From a virus (taxonomy: Duplodnaviria; Caudoviricetes): a stretch of 64,000 bases of DNA. The position numbers were made by a program, and so were the translations under genes. Location: positions 2,616 to 66,615 of IMG/VR virus record IMGVR_UViG_3300012933_000199; one strand, given 5' to 3'. The notes under the pieces are model-generated. The model saw nothing but the letters and a program-made list of their open reading frames with translations, did not search any database and was not told the origin of the DNA. How positions within the stretch are numbered: the stretch's first letter is position 1; each line of letters begins with the position of its first letter. Below, piece after piece: positions 56,281 through 64,000 of this stretch.

Positions 56281-57117
56281 TTATTTTCCGACGCTTAATT
56301 CGGCCTTTATTGCTGGATGAGGATGGTAATCTTTTATTGATATATCCTCTATTTCTGGTATAATAAGACCGTTAAAATTGCTTAGCTTTTTACTTAGTCT
56401 TATACCCTCTTTTAATTCAAGTCTTGGAAGACTTTTGTTTGTTCTTGATATATACTCCTTTGATTGTTCTATATGGTTGTTGTAGATATGACAATCTCCT
56501 AATTGTCCTACTAACCTACCTGGTTTTAATCCAGAGCCTTTCGCTAATAATTCTAGCAATAAACCATACATTGCAATATCATAAGGTAATCCTAAAAATA
56601 TGTCTGCCGATCGTTGCATCCACATTAGATCAAGAACCCCGTTATTAATATAAACCTGAAATGCATAATGACACGGAGGTAAAACCATATCTTTCATTTC
56701 ATGTGGAGCCCATGCGCTAACCATAAGGCGTCTTGAGCTTGGATCATCTGTAATGCTATACACCAATTCTTTCAATTGATCTACGCCGTTAAAATCACGC
56801 CACTGTTTTCCATACACAGGACCTAATGTTTCATCTTGTCTACCTGATCTTTCGTAATCTGGTCGCCAATACTTTACTCCATTATCTTCTAAGTACTTTA
56901 AGTCAGTCCTACCCTGAAGGATCCAAAGCAATTCTGTTCTTGCTGCTGTAAAAGATACTTTCTTTGCTGTAAGTAAAGGAAAGCCAAGTGCCATATCATG
57001 GCTGATCGTTCTACCAAATACAGATTTAGTTCCAGTCCCTGTTCTATCTGACTTATTTTTTCCGCTATAAAGCACTCCACTAATAAGCGCTTTGTATTCA
57101 TCTTCAATGTTTATCAT
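56281..57117 (-). CDS. thyA: Thymidylate synthase
   Basis: DRTGTGT, ELLWILQG, LGPVYGKQWR, LPPCH, QRSADIFLGLPYDIA and GDCHIYNNH motifs. Confidence 0.97.
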   Translation of the reverse strand: MINIEDEYKALISGVLYSGKNKSDRTGTGTKSVFGRTISHDMALGFPLLTAKKVSFTAARTELLWILQGRTDLKYLEDNGVKYWRPDYERSGRQDETLGPVYGKQWRDFNGVDQLKELVYSITDDPSSRRLMVSAWAPHEMKDMVLPPCHYAFQVYINNGVLDLMWMQRSADIFLGLPYDIAMYGLLLELLAKGSGLKPGRLVGQLGDCHIYNNHIEQSKEYISRTNKSLPRLELKEGIRLSKKLSNFNGLIIPEIEDISIKDYHPHPAIKAELSVGK

Positions 57118-57118
57118 A

Positions 57119-57460
57119 TTAAAATAATTTATTTTGTATATCGGGCTTAATAGCTAACTCTTTTTCTTCAATAGGCTTCTTAATATCTAAAGCCTTAGTT
57201 TCTAGTTTATGATATTTGTTGTAATAATACAAATAAAAAGTGAATAATTGTTTCCATATCTCAACTTTTTTATAAGTTATTGGACTTCTATTCATTTTAC
57301 CATTGATAGTTATTTCTAAATACCATTCTGTTGTTGACTTAGCTTTAGGTGATATTAATATATTGTTTTTTACACACCACATATAAGCTTCGTTTTCTTT
57401 ATCAGAACAAGCATAGAAACCCATATCGATCTGACCTTTCTTTTTTGTACCGCTACCCAT
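57119..57460 (-). CDS. Hypothetical protein
   Basis: ORF track; coupled to the primase-helicase. Confidence 0.7.
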   Translation of the reverse strand: MGSGTKKKGQIDMGFYACSDKENEAYMWCVKNNILISPKAKSTTEWYLEITINGKMNRSPITYKKVEIWKQLFTFYLYYYNKYHKLETKALDIKKPIEEKELAIKPDIQNKLF

Positions 57461-59175
57461 TATTCCCAGGGCATTTTCTCATCTGACACATCAGGTATTT
57501 CTATTGGTTGAAAGCTTCCCGAATCTGGTAACCATTTAAAATGAGCTTCAGCGCCATTCTCTCCAAGGTTTTGAAACTTAACTTTTAATACTTTACATTT
57601 AACAGTCTTCTTTTCATAATCTCGGTGGACTAATAAACCATGATAAGATGCATCGTACCATTCTCCTCCACCTTTAATGTTGTACATAGTTGGTTCTTCA
57701 ATCTTACCATCAGAACCTTTATACATCTTAGTAGGGTGAGCCACAATAAATACCAACACATCAAACTTCTTAGCAAAGATTTCAATCTTCTGTAAGTATT
57801 CCATTGTATATTTATTGACGTCTTCAGTTTTAGCATCGACATCTCTTACCTTATTAAATGGATCTATTACCAAACATTTAATTCCTTTACGTTTAACTAG
57901 CTCTGCACCTTTACGTAATACAGATTCTAATGTGTATCGTTCCATATCGATGTGAAAGAAATTAGAATTGCAATGATCAGCAACTTGATTCCAACGATCA
58001 CCACCAATATCATCTTTAGTTGGCATGCCTTCCCAAACTTTACGCATTAATTTGTGGGCGTGCAAATAAGCTGGTGTGTTTTCTGGAGAAGCAAATGCCG
58101 TTTTCCAACCATAGTTTCGATTATAACCCACAACCATTTGGTCGACAAAATCACTTTTACCGGAAGACGGAATACCAGTGACAGTAATGAATTGACCAGT
58201 ATAAGTTGAAAAGATACTATCGAAATTCGGAAGCCCAACTTGAAATCCAGGTTTAAAGCCGTTACGCACAAAGTCAGTAACCTCATTTTCGAGATCTCTA
58301 AATGTGACAACGTTTTCAAGTGGCACAGGCTTTGCTCTTGCAATTCTCTGTGAAAGTTTTTCTTTTCCATACTTTAATAAATATTCATTTGCGTCTTTAC
58401 AGTCTTCAAATGTTGCTAAGTAACATATTTCAGAACCTAATCGTCTAACTAATTCAACTTGTAAAGCTTGACCTGCTTCATCTGAATCAACTGCTATAAT
58501 TATTTTTGATTTGTCTTCGAAATAATCTATGCAACTATCCAAGTAGTCAAGATTATTATTATTAAGAGTAGCTCCATTAGGAACTGATATTGCATTTGTT
58601 ATCCCCGCTTCGTGCAACGCAAGCACATCCATTTCTCCTTCAACAATAACACAATACTCGTAGCCTACAATACTATTAATATTGTAGAAAACTTTTTCAG
58701 CACCTTTATATAACTTAAAGTTCTTTCTACCATCTCTATATTTAACATTTATAAGTTGATCTCCTATAAAGTAATTAAACCTTATTACATTTTCAACTTT
58801 GCTTGTTTGAGGCATAAATTCTGAACCCTCGCTAACCTTAAGTTCTGTTAATGTTTCTTTTGAAATTCCTCTTGTCTTGAACCATTCTTCAACTTTTGAA
58901 CTGACTTCGTTTATTGCAACCTGTTCAGGTTTCTCATATACTTTTTCAGATTTACCTTTACGTTGGTAAGTGTGTAGTTGAAATGTTTTATTACAATTGT
59001 GGCAGGTTCCGATACCACGTTGCCAATCATAGCTAGCGCATTTGGCTTTTTCATTTTTAGGTTTTCTATCAGGCGAACATATAGGACATATACCCTGTGT
59101 CTTACCTTCTTCAAGTTTATATTGATTAAATTCATCAATTAAAAACCCATTAATTTCAACTGTCTCTACATTCAT
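57460..59175 (-). CDS. Primase-helicase (T7 gp4 / Twinkle-like)
   Basis: Zn finger CPIC...CHNC, TOPRIM EGEMD and DSDEAG, Walker A TGIPSSGKS, VIDPFN and VAHP motifs. Confidence 0.93.
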   Translation of the reverse strand: MNVETVEINGFLIDEFNQYKLEEGKTQGICPICSPDRKPKNEKAKCASYDWQRGIGTCHNCNKTFQLHTYQRKGKSEKVYEKPEQVAINEVSSKVEEWFKTRGISKETLTELKVSEGSEFMPQTSKVENVIRFNYFIGDQLINVKYRDGRKNFKLYKGAEKVFYNINSIVGYEYCVIVEGEMDVLALHEAGITNAISVPNGATLNNNNLDYLDSCIDYFEDKSKIIIAVDSDEAGQALQVELVRRLGSEICYLATFEDCKDANEYLLKYGKEKLSQRIARAKPVPLENVVTFRDLENEVTDFVRNGFKPGFQVGLPNFDSIFSTYTGQFITVTGIPSSGKSDFVDQMVVGYNRNYGWKTAFASPENTPAYLHAHKLMRKVWEGMPTKDDIGGDRWNQVADHCNSNFFHIDMERYTLESVLRKGAELVKRKGIKCLVIDPFNKVRDVDAKTEDVNKYTMEYLQKIEIFAKKFDVLVFIVAHPTKMYKGSDGKIEEPTMYNIKGGGEWYDASYHGLLVHRDYEKKTVKCKVLKVKFQNLGENGAEAHFKWLPDSGSFQPIEIPDVSDEKMPWE

Positions 59176-59259
59176 AGGAAAAAATTTATTAGTTAATGTA
59201 TTATATACAATGCGCTAAGATACAAAAAATATAATAACGCATCATATATTATACACATT

Positions 59260-59313
59260 TTTTAAGGCTATAACCTTAAATTGCTTTGACTATTTTAAGG
59301 CTATAACCTTAAA
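59260..59313. repeat. Two identical 21-bp palindromic units
   Basis: TTTTAAGGCTATAACCTTAAA at 59260-59280 and 59293-59313 (TTTAAGG-N6-CCTTAAA). Confidence 0.85.
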
Positions 59314-59632
59314 ACGGAAGATCATCTTCAACAACAGCAGCAACAGCAGCCATCTTTCTATCTACTGGTTGTCCAGCTTCTTGTCTTGGAGCAGCTCCAA
59401 CGTTTGTACCATTAGTCCATACAACCTTTACATTTCCGAGATAAACCTTAGCAATTTTAGCATCGCGTTCTTCTTTTGATTGTTCAACCATTACTGGTCC
59501 TTGATTACCAAATTGGTCTACTTCGTCATTCAAAGTAATTGTGATTGGCAAATACTTTCCTTTTTTACCATTAATGATTTTGTCTTTTGGAATATCATTT
59601 AAGTTGATACTCGTTTTAATAATTGATGCCAT
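59309..59632 (-). CDS. Single-stranded DNA-binding protein
   Basis: Beta-rich core with an acidic C-terminal DDLPF tail; next to the recombination genes. Confidence 0.75.
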   Translation of the reverse strand: MASIIKTSINLNDIPKDKIINGKKGKYLPITITLNDEVDQFGNQGPVMVEQSKEERDAKIAKVYLGNVKVVWTNGTNVGAAPRQEAGQPVDRKMAAVAAVVEDDLPF

Positions 59633-59633
59633 A

Positions 59634-60097
59634 CTAGTTATTTATTTGTAGGTTGTTAAACATTCTTCTCATCTGATCTTTAGTAGCTCCTGAATTTCTT
59701 CTTAAGTTATCAATAGCTTTTAAATGATTTTGTCCTTTGTAGAACTCTGTCTCTGGTCTTGTTAAACCTGATACTGTACAAACTCTTGTTGCAACAGCTT
59801 CTTTTGTGTTTCTTTTGTTACTCATTTTATTTAATTTAATTGTTATTATTTATTTGGCAATTCTTTGTGTTCCATAAAGTGCGCTTCTATTTCAGCGGGA
59901 TTACGATAATATTCTTCAATTCTAAAAAGCATTCTAACCATACTTTCAAAAACAAACGTTTGACAACCAATTGATATTGAATAACCATTAGCAACTGGAT
60001 TAATAGTTATTTGTCTTGGTATACTTTGATTAACGTAAACAGTATTGCTCGATGTTAATGTAAAGTTATTAGCACTATTGTTTGAAATAAGGCTCAT
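59634..60097 (-). other. Two small hypothetical ORFs
   Basis: 59634-59825 and 59846-60097 from the ORF track. Confidence 0.65.
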
Positions 60098-60099
60098 AA

Positions 60100-60831
60100 T
60101 TATAATGTTTTAGTTAATAAATGTTGTTGAGGATCAAAGTCTTCAGTTTTAAAAAATAAATTGTATGCATCAATAGCTTTTAATACTTTATCTTCACCAC
60201 CCTGCAGAAATTTATCAGAACAGTCAAAGATACCAATTTGATGCGACTTTTTATCTATTGCAATGAAAATTAAATCATAACCAAACAACTTTTTATAAAT
60301 GTATGCTTGACTATCGTAATTATATTTCTTTGCAGAATAAGCAAACCCTGATAGATCTGATGTTGTTTTAAGATCGACTATTAAACCTTCGTCGTGGTTT
60401 ATAATATCAGCCTTACCTTTCCACATTGTGCCTTCAATAGGCGTAACACCAGGAACTTCATACTCAACATTGAAACCTCTTATAAGTCCTTCACATACTT
60501 TGTTAGCTAACATTTTATCTTTCAGTAGTTCGATATTATCAACTTCGTGTTGTAATAAACAAATCTCACCGCCAGATAACTCCTTGTAAACGTTAGTGTT
60601 ACGAGTCGTTGTGTTAATTATCTTGTATTTATGTAGCTTATCGGGTTCCAATATCGCAGTGTGAAAATAACCGCCAATTGCGAAATTCGGATTTGGCGCT
60701 TGAGGTGCATTCATCTCTAGCGGATTAGTTAGCAATGAACTTATATTAGAATTGCTAAGAAATTGTTTTCCAAACTCACCGTAATAATGTTGGTCGTCTC
60801 TTAACTTCTCTAAGATTTCTTCTTTAGTCAT
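60100..60831 (-). CDS. PD-(D/E)XK exonuclease (RecE C-terminal / DUF3799-like)
   Basis: LSNSNI, GGYFHTAILEP, KGKADI, IVDLKTT and YDSQAYIY motifs. Confidence 0.85.
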   Translation of the reverse strand: MTKEEILEKLRDDQHYYGEFGKQFLSNSNISSLLTNPLEMNAPQAPNPNFAIGGYFHTAILEPDKLHKYKIINTTTRNTNVYKELSGGEICLLQHEVDNIELLKDKMLANKVCEGLIRGFNVEYEVPGVTPIEGTMWKGKADIINHDEGLIVDLKTTSDLSGFAYSAKKYNYDSQAYIYKKLFGYDLIFIAIDKKSHQIGIFDCSDKFLQGGEDKVLKAIDAYNLFFKTEDFDPQQHLLTKTL

Positions 60832-61385
60832 TAGATTAATTTTTTAAGTTCTGCTATTGCTTTAGGATCTACATCGTACTTATTTAAAATAGTATCTAGT
60901 GTTGCTTGATCTTTAACATAAGCTTTAGCTTTATCAAATGTGTCCGTACCTACTTCAATCTTAACCTTTGGCTTAGGATCTGCTTTGCCATGATCAGGAT
61001 CTTGAGTGTCATCAATCAAGAATAGATTACCTAAAGCATATTTTTTACCGTAACTAGACGCTGAACCAAACTTCTGTGGCATTTGCATACCTTTTTGATC
61101 AAGGTCGACACCAACGATCGCTGTGGCATGTATAGCATTGAGGTTGTCAGATATGGTTGCTGTAGATTTTAACATTGGAAATTCTAAAAACTTACTGTCA
61201 ACTAATTCTTCTGTCACGGTTACTGATACTCCTAATCTTAATAAAAATGGTTTTGTTGCTTCTAGAATATCTTCTGCTGATCTAAAGTTGTACTTACCAA
61301 AAGAATTGAATCTAGATTTTTTAGCTTTAAATTCTGTTTGAATGACTGCTAACTTTTCATTCAAAGACATTGTCTCATTTTTCAT
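60831..61385 (-). CDS. erf: ERF-family single-strand annealing protein
   Basis: KSRFNSFGKYNFRSAEDIL...KP and QKFGSASSYGKKYALGNLF motifs. Confidence 0.88.
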   Translation of the reverse strand: MKNETMSLNEKLAVIQTEFKAKKSRFNSFGKYNFRSAEDILEATKPFLLRLGVSVTVTEELVDSKFLEFPMLKSTATISDNLNAIHATAIVGVDLDQKGMQMPQKFGSASSYGKKYALGNLFLIDDTQDPDHGKADPKPKVKIEVGTDTFDKAKAYVKDQATLDTILNKYDVDPKAIAELKKLI

Positions 61386-61405
61386 GGATATTTAATTTAA
61401 TTGGT

Positions 61406-62155
61406 TTAAATGTAATCAAGCACTTGTTCTGCGTCCACATTTAATATTAAGCAATCAATAGCTTCTTTTTTAATTTGTGATACAATAACCGGTGCCGTTG
61501 GGACATCTAGTTTAATATACTTTGCAATCTCTTTTGCAGAATGTTTATCGCAGTCAAGACCGTAAGATAAACGCAATACATCGTATTGTTTAGTATTTAG
61601 ATGCTCTTTCATGATTCCTAATAGATAGGCATTCATTAGATCTATATTATATTTTTTTGCTTCATCTGGAAGCTGAAATGCGAAATTAGATTCATCATTA
61701 GGATTATCATCATAGCTTGTGAAAATACTGTTAAAGAATAAAGCTACTTTGTTTTCATCATCTGGATTCTTTCTAATTTCATTTAACTTATGTTCAGGTA
61801 ATTTAATATCGCCTCTGTTAATATCGATAGCTCTACGTATTGCACCCTTAACTCTTTTGCTTAGAAAACTTTTTAATGTTTGTTCTATATTTTCAGAATC
61901 ATTTAATTGACTCCAATCTAGCCTATCAACTGCGGATATTAAACCAACTGATCCTTCTTGAATTAAATCTGTTATATCTAATACTCCCGATGCTTGTTGA
62001 GAAGTTGAAAACTTTCGTGCTAGATTCTCTACTAATGGAAGAAACTTAATGATAAGTTCGTCACGTGTATAATCTTTCCAATCTCTATCTGATGGCATAG
62101 ACTTTTTAACGTCTTCCTTGTAGGCTATATAATTTTGTACATTATATTTTTTCAT
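61406..62155 (-). CDS. Phage sigma-70 family RNA polymerase sigma factor
   Basis: Region 2 LPLVENLARKF...DLIQEGSVGLISAV; region 4 VLRLSYGL...SAKEIAKY. Confidence 0.88.
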   Translation of the reverse strand: MKKYNVQNYIAYKEDVKKSMPSDRDWKDYTRDELIIKFLPLVENLARKFSTSQQASGVLDITDLIQEGSVGLISAVDRLDWSQLNDSENIEQTLKSFLSKRVKGAIRRAIDINRGDIKLPEHKLNEIRKNPDDENKVALFFNSIFTSYDDNPNDESNFAFQLPDEAKKYNIDLMNAYLLGIMKEHLNTKQYDVLRLSYGLDCDKHSAKEIAKYIKLDVPTAPVIVSQIKKEAIDCLILNVDAEQVLDYI

Positions 62156-62202
62156 TTTAAATAGTTTATCCTCAAATATACAACTATTTAATTTAACTAA
62201 TG

Positions 62203-63455
62203 CTAATCTTTTGCTAAAGTTTTCTTTTCTTTTGATTCTGCATAACCTTTACACTTATTACAAAGAACTTCGTCGGACCAGCCTAATGTTATTATATTAT
62301 GGCAGCTATGGCATAATGTTGCACCTTCTCCGTTATTAAACTTATGTATTGGCCTCATCCTTTAATATTTGTTTACAGTCAGCTATTGTATGTACACCTT
62401 GATGTGAATTAGTTAAAGCATATACTTTTGTATTATCTGGTAATTTATCTGCAAGATTACTTAACCATCTAGAATTTTTATAACTACGAAAGAAAACATC
62501 ATGAAAAAAGCTTTCGCTTATATATGGCTGCAATTCACCATCTTCAGTTAGTAATATTGCATCGTCTACTGGGTATAATGGTATTCCAAATTTTGTACTC
62601 ATAATTATTTTTTTAATGTTTCTAAGAATTCTTCAAGTTTCATTAAATCTGCTAATGATAATGAACTTAATTCGTTTAATTTGCCAATTACACTATCTTT
62701 CTGTATTATAGCCCTAAGTCTATCCGTGTTTTCTTTATCCAGCCTTCTATCTTCTAATTCGGATATTAAATTATAAGTTCCAACTTCATCTAAATAATCT
62801 TCTATATCAATGTCTATTCTTGCCATGTTTCTTTTTCTTTTTTATATTCTATTATAAATCCTATTAACACTATTATATTCATTCCGCAGGACATTAATAT
62901 TTCGTGTATATCTTCATATATATTTATAGATAAATGAATGTGACCTATTGTCCAGAATGGTATTGCTAAATTAGATGACACCCAAACTAATGTATATTTA
63001 ACAAAGCGCTTCATATTTTATATTTCCCATATTTTAATGTTTTTAAAATTAAGGGCTGAGTCTTTTACATCTTCGAGATCTAATTCAAATGTACAAAATT
63101 TGTTGTCATCTTTGAGTCTGAAAATAGCAGTATCTCTACACCATTCCGCATTTATAAGATTTGCAAACTTAGCGGCTTGATCGTCATTTTCGAGCCAAGC
63201 TCTATCTGATTGGTTTCCTACTCTAAATCTATATTGTATCATAATGTTATTGTTTCATATTTCATATTGCAATATGAGATGCGGTTAATCTTTATAACTA
63301 TCAGCTAATTCTATAATAGCTTTCTGAATTGTTTTTTCAGTGAATGTTGCTTGATATAATAACCCAATTATAATATCAAAATATTCATCAATATTTGCTC
63401 CTTCGTGAGCTTCAACTGTAAATGTTTTACCGTATGTTTCTAATGTTAATTTCAT
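62203..63455 (-). other. Cluster of small hypothetical ORFs
   Basis: 62203-62358 (manual, CHSC..CNKC Zn finger), 62342-62602, 62605-62826, 62814-63014 (TM), 63018-63242 and 63285-63455 (manual). Confidence 0.65.
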
Positions 63456-63906
63456 AATCCTTTTTCTTCTTTAAATATTTCTAATAGTTCAATCATTGAA
63501 TATTTACTATGATATTGTCTATAAGTATACATTTCACCCGAAGATGTATCATCAAAAAATTCAACTCTATTATTTATAGCCCATTTTGCAAACTCAATAG
63601 CATAATCATCTGCTATTGTTGCGGCTATATTGACGTCAACTTCTGTTTTATCATTTGATAAATGACCTGTTAAATTTTGTCTTAACTTTTCTTTTAGTGT
63701 CATAAGCCTTTTTCTTTTTTAAATATTTGTAAATGTTCTTCTATATTTTTAGTTGGATATAAATGATATTCATTGTTATTAGCTGAATGATACCATTTTG
63801 CAAACTCAATAGCGTAATCATCTGCTACTTCAACCATCTTATTTAGTTCATTACTTTTCTTGTAATAGCTAGTATATATATCAAAAAACTTTTGTTTTAA
63901 TGTCAT
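63452..63906 (-). CDS. Two tandem paralogous small proteins (63452-63703 and 63700-63906)
   Basis: Both have MTLK.K, ADDYAIEFAKW and L.IFK.EKGL. Confidence 0.8.
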
Positions 63907-64000
63907 AAGCTTTGGTTTAGTAATTCTTTTTCTTTTTTCAATTCGTTACTCATATTACGATGTATTGTTCGGGTTGTACACTGGAAATAATCCGCAATCT

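Noticed and set aside
4929-61910. Numerous antisense or alternative-frame ORFs in the track (e.g. 4929-5270, 6238-6525, 6668-7093, 9665-9961, 14189-14623, 36027-36365, 51367-51834)
   Set aside because: They overlap well-supported genes on the other strand or frame and have shadow-ORF composition (poly-Val opposite poly-Thr, Ser/Leu/Phe-rich) with no family motifs.
1-64000. Stop-codon reassignment or prophage context
   Set aside because: Genes are full length under the standard code, no suppressor tRNA is present, and no integrase, att site or bacterial flanking genes are seen.

Overview
This window is most of the genome of a lytic tailed dsDNA phage (Caudoviricetes), probably podovirus-like and infecting Bacteroidota/Flavobacteriia. 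The host and group are inferred from gene order and gene families that recall Cellulophaga phi38:1-like aquatic phages. There are three blocks. (1) 1-6.8 kb, minus strand: many small early-type ORFs, one tRNA(CAT), a 160-nt tRNA-like RNA with large insertions, and 11 copies of one promoter-like motif. (2) 7.4-50.8 kb, plus strand: small basic proteins, tail fibres, a lysis cassette, GroEL/GroES, terminase, portal, scaffold, major capsid, tail proteins and internal proteins, including a 2754-aa giant. (3) 51-64 kb, minus strand: NrdA/NrdB, endonucleases, NTP pyrophosphohydrolases, ThyA, primase-helicase, SSB, a RecE-like nuclease, ERF, a sigma-70 factor and small ORFs. I saw no integrase, DNA polymerase, reverse transcriptase or CRISPR array. 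The most striking candidate system is at 36.2-39.4 kb. A GT-A glycosyltransferase resembling plant protein O-glycosyltransferases (SERGT1/HPAT) sits inside the tail operon, between three virion-type genes carrying mucin-like Thr/Ser tracts. This suggests phage-encoded O-glycosylation of the virion. Other leads are the interrupted tRNA-like RNA, a triplicated 10-24-10 inverted-repeat element, and a shared [S/T]P[A/L/F]K motif in seven small late proteins. All family assignments come from motif recognition by eye and were not checked by database search.
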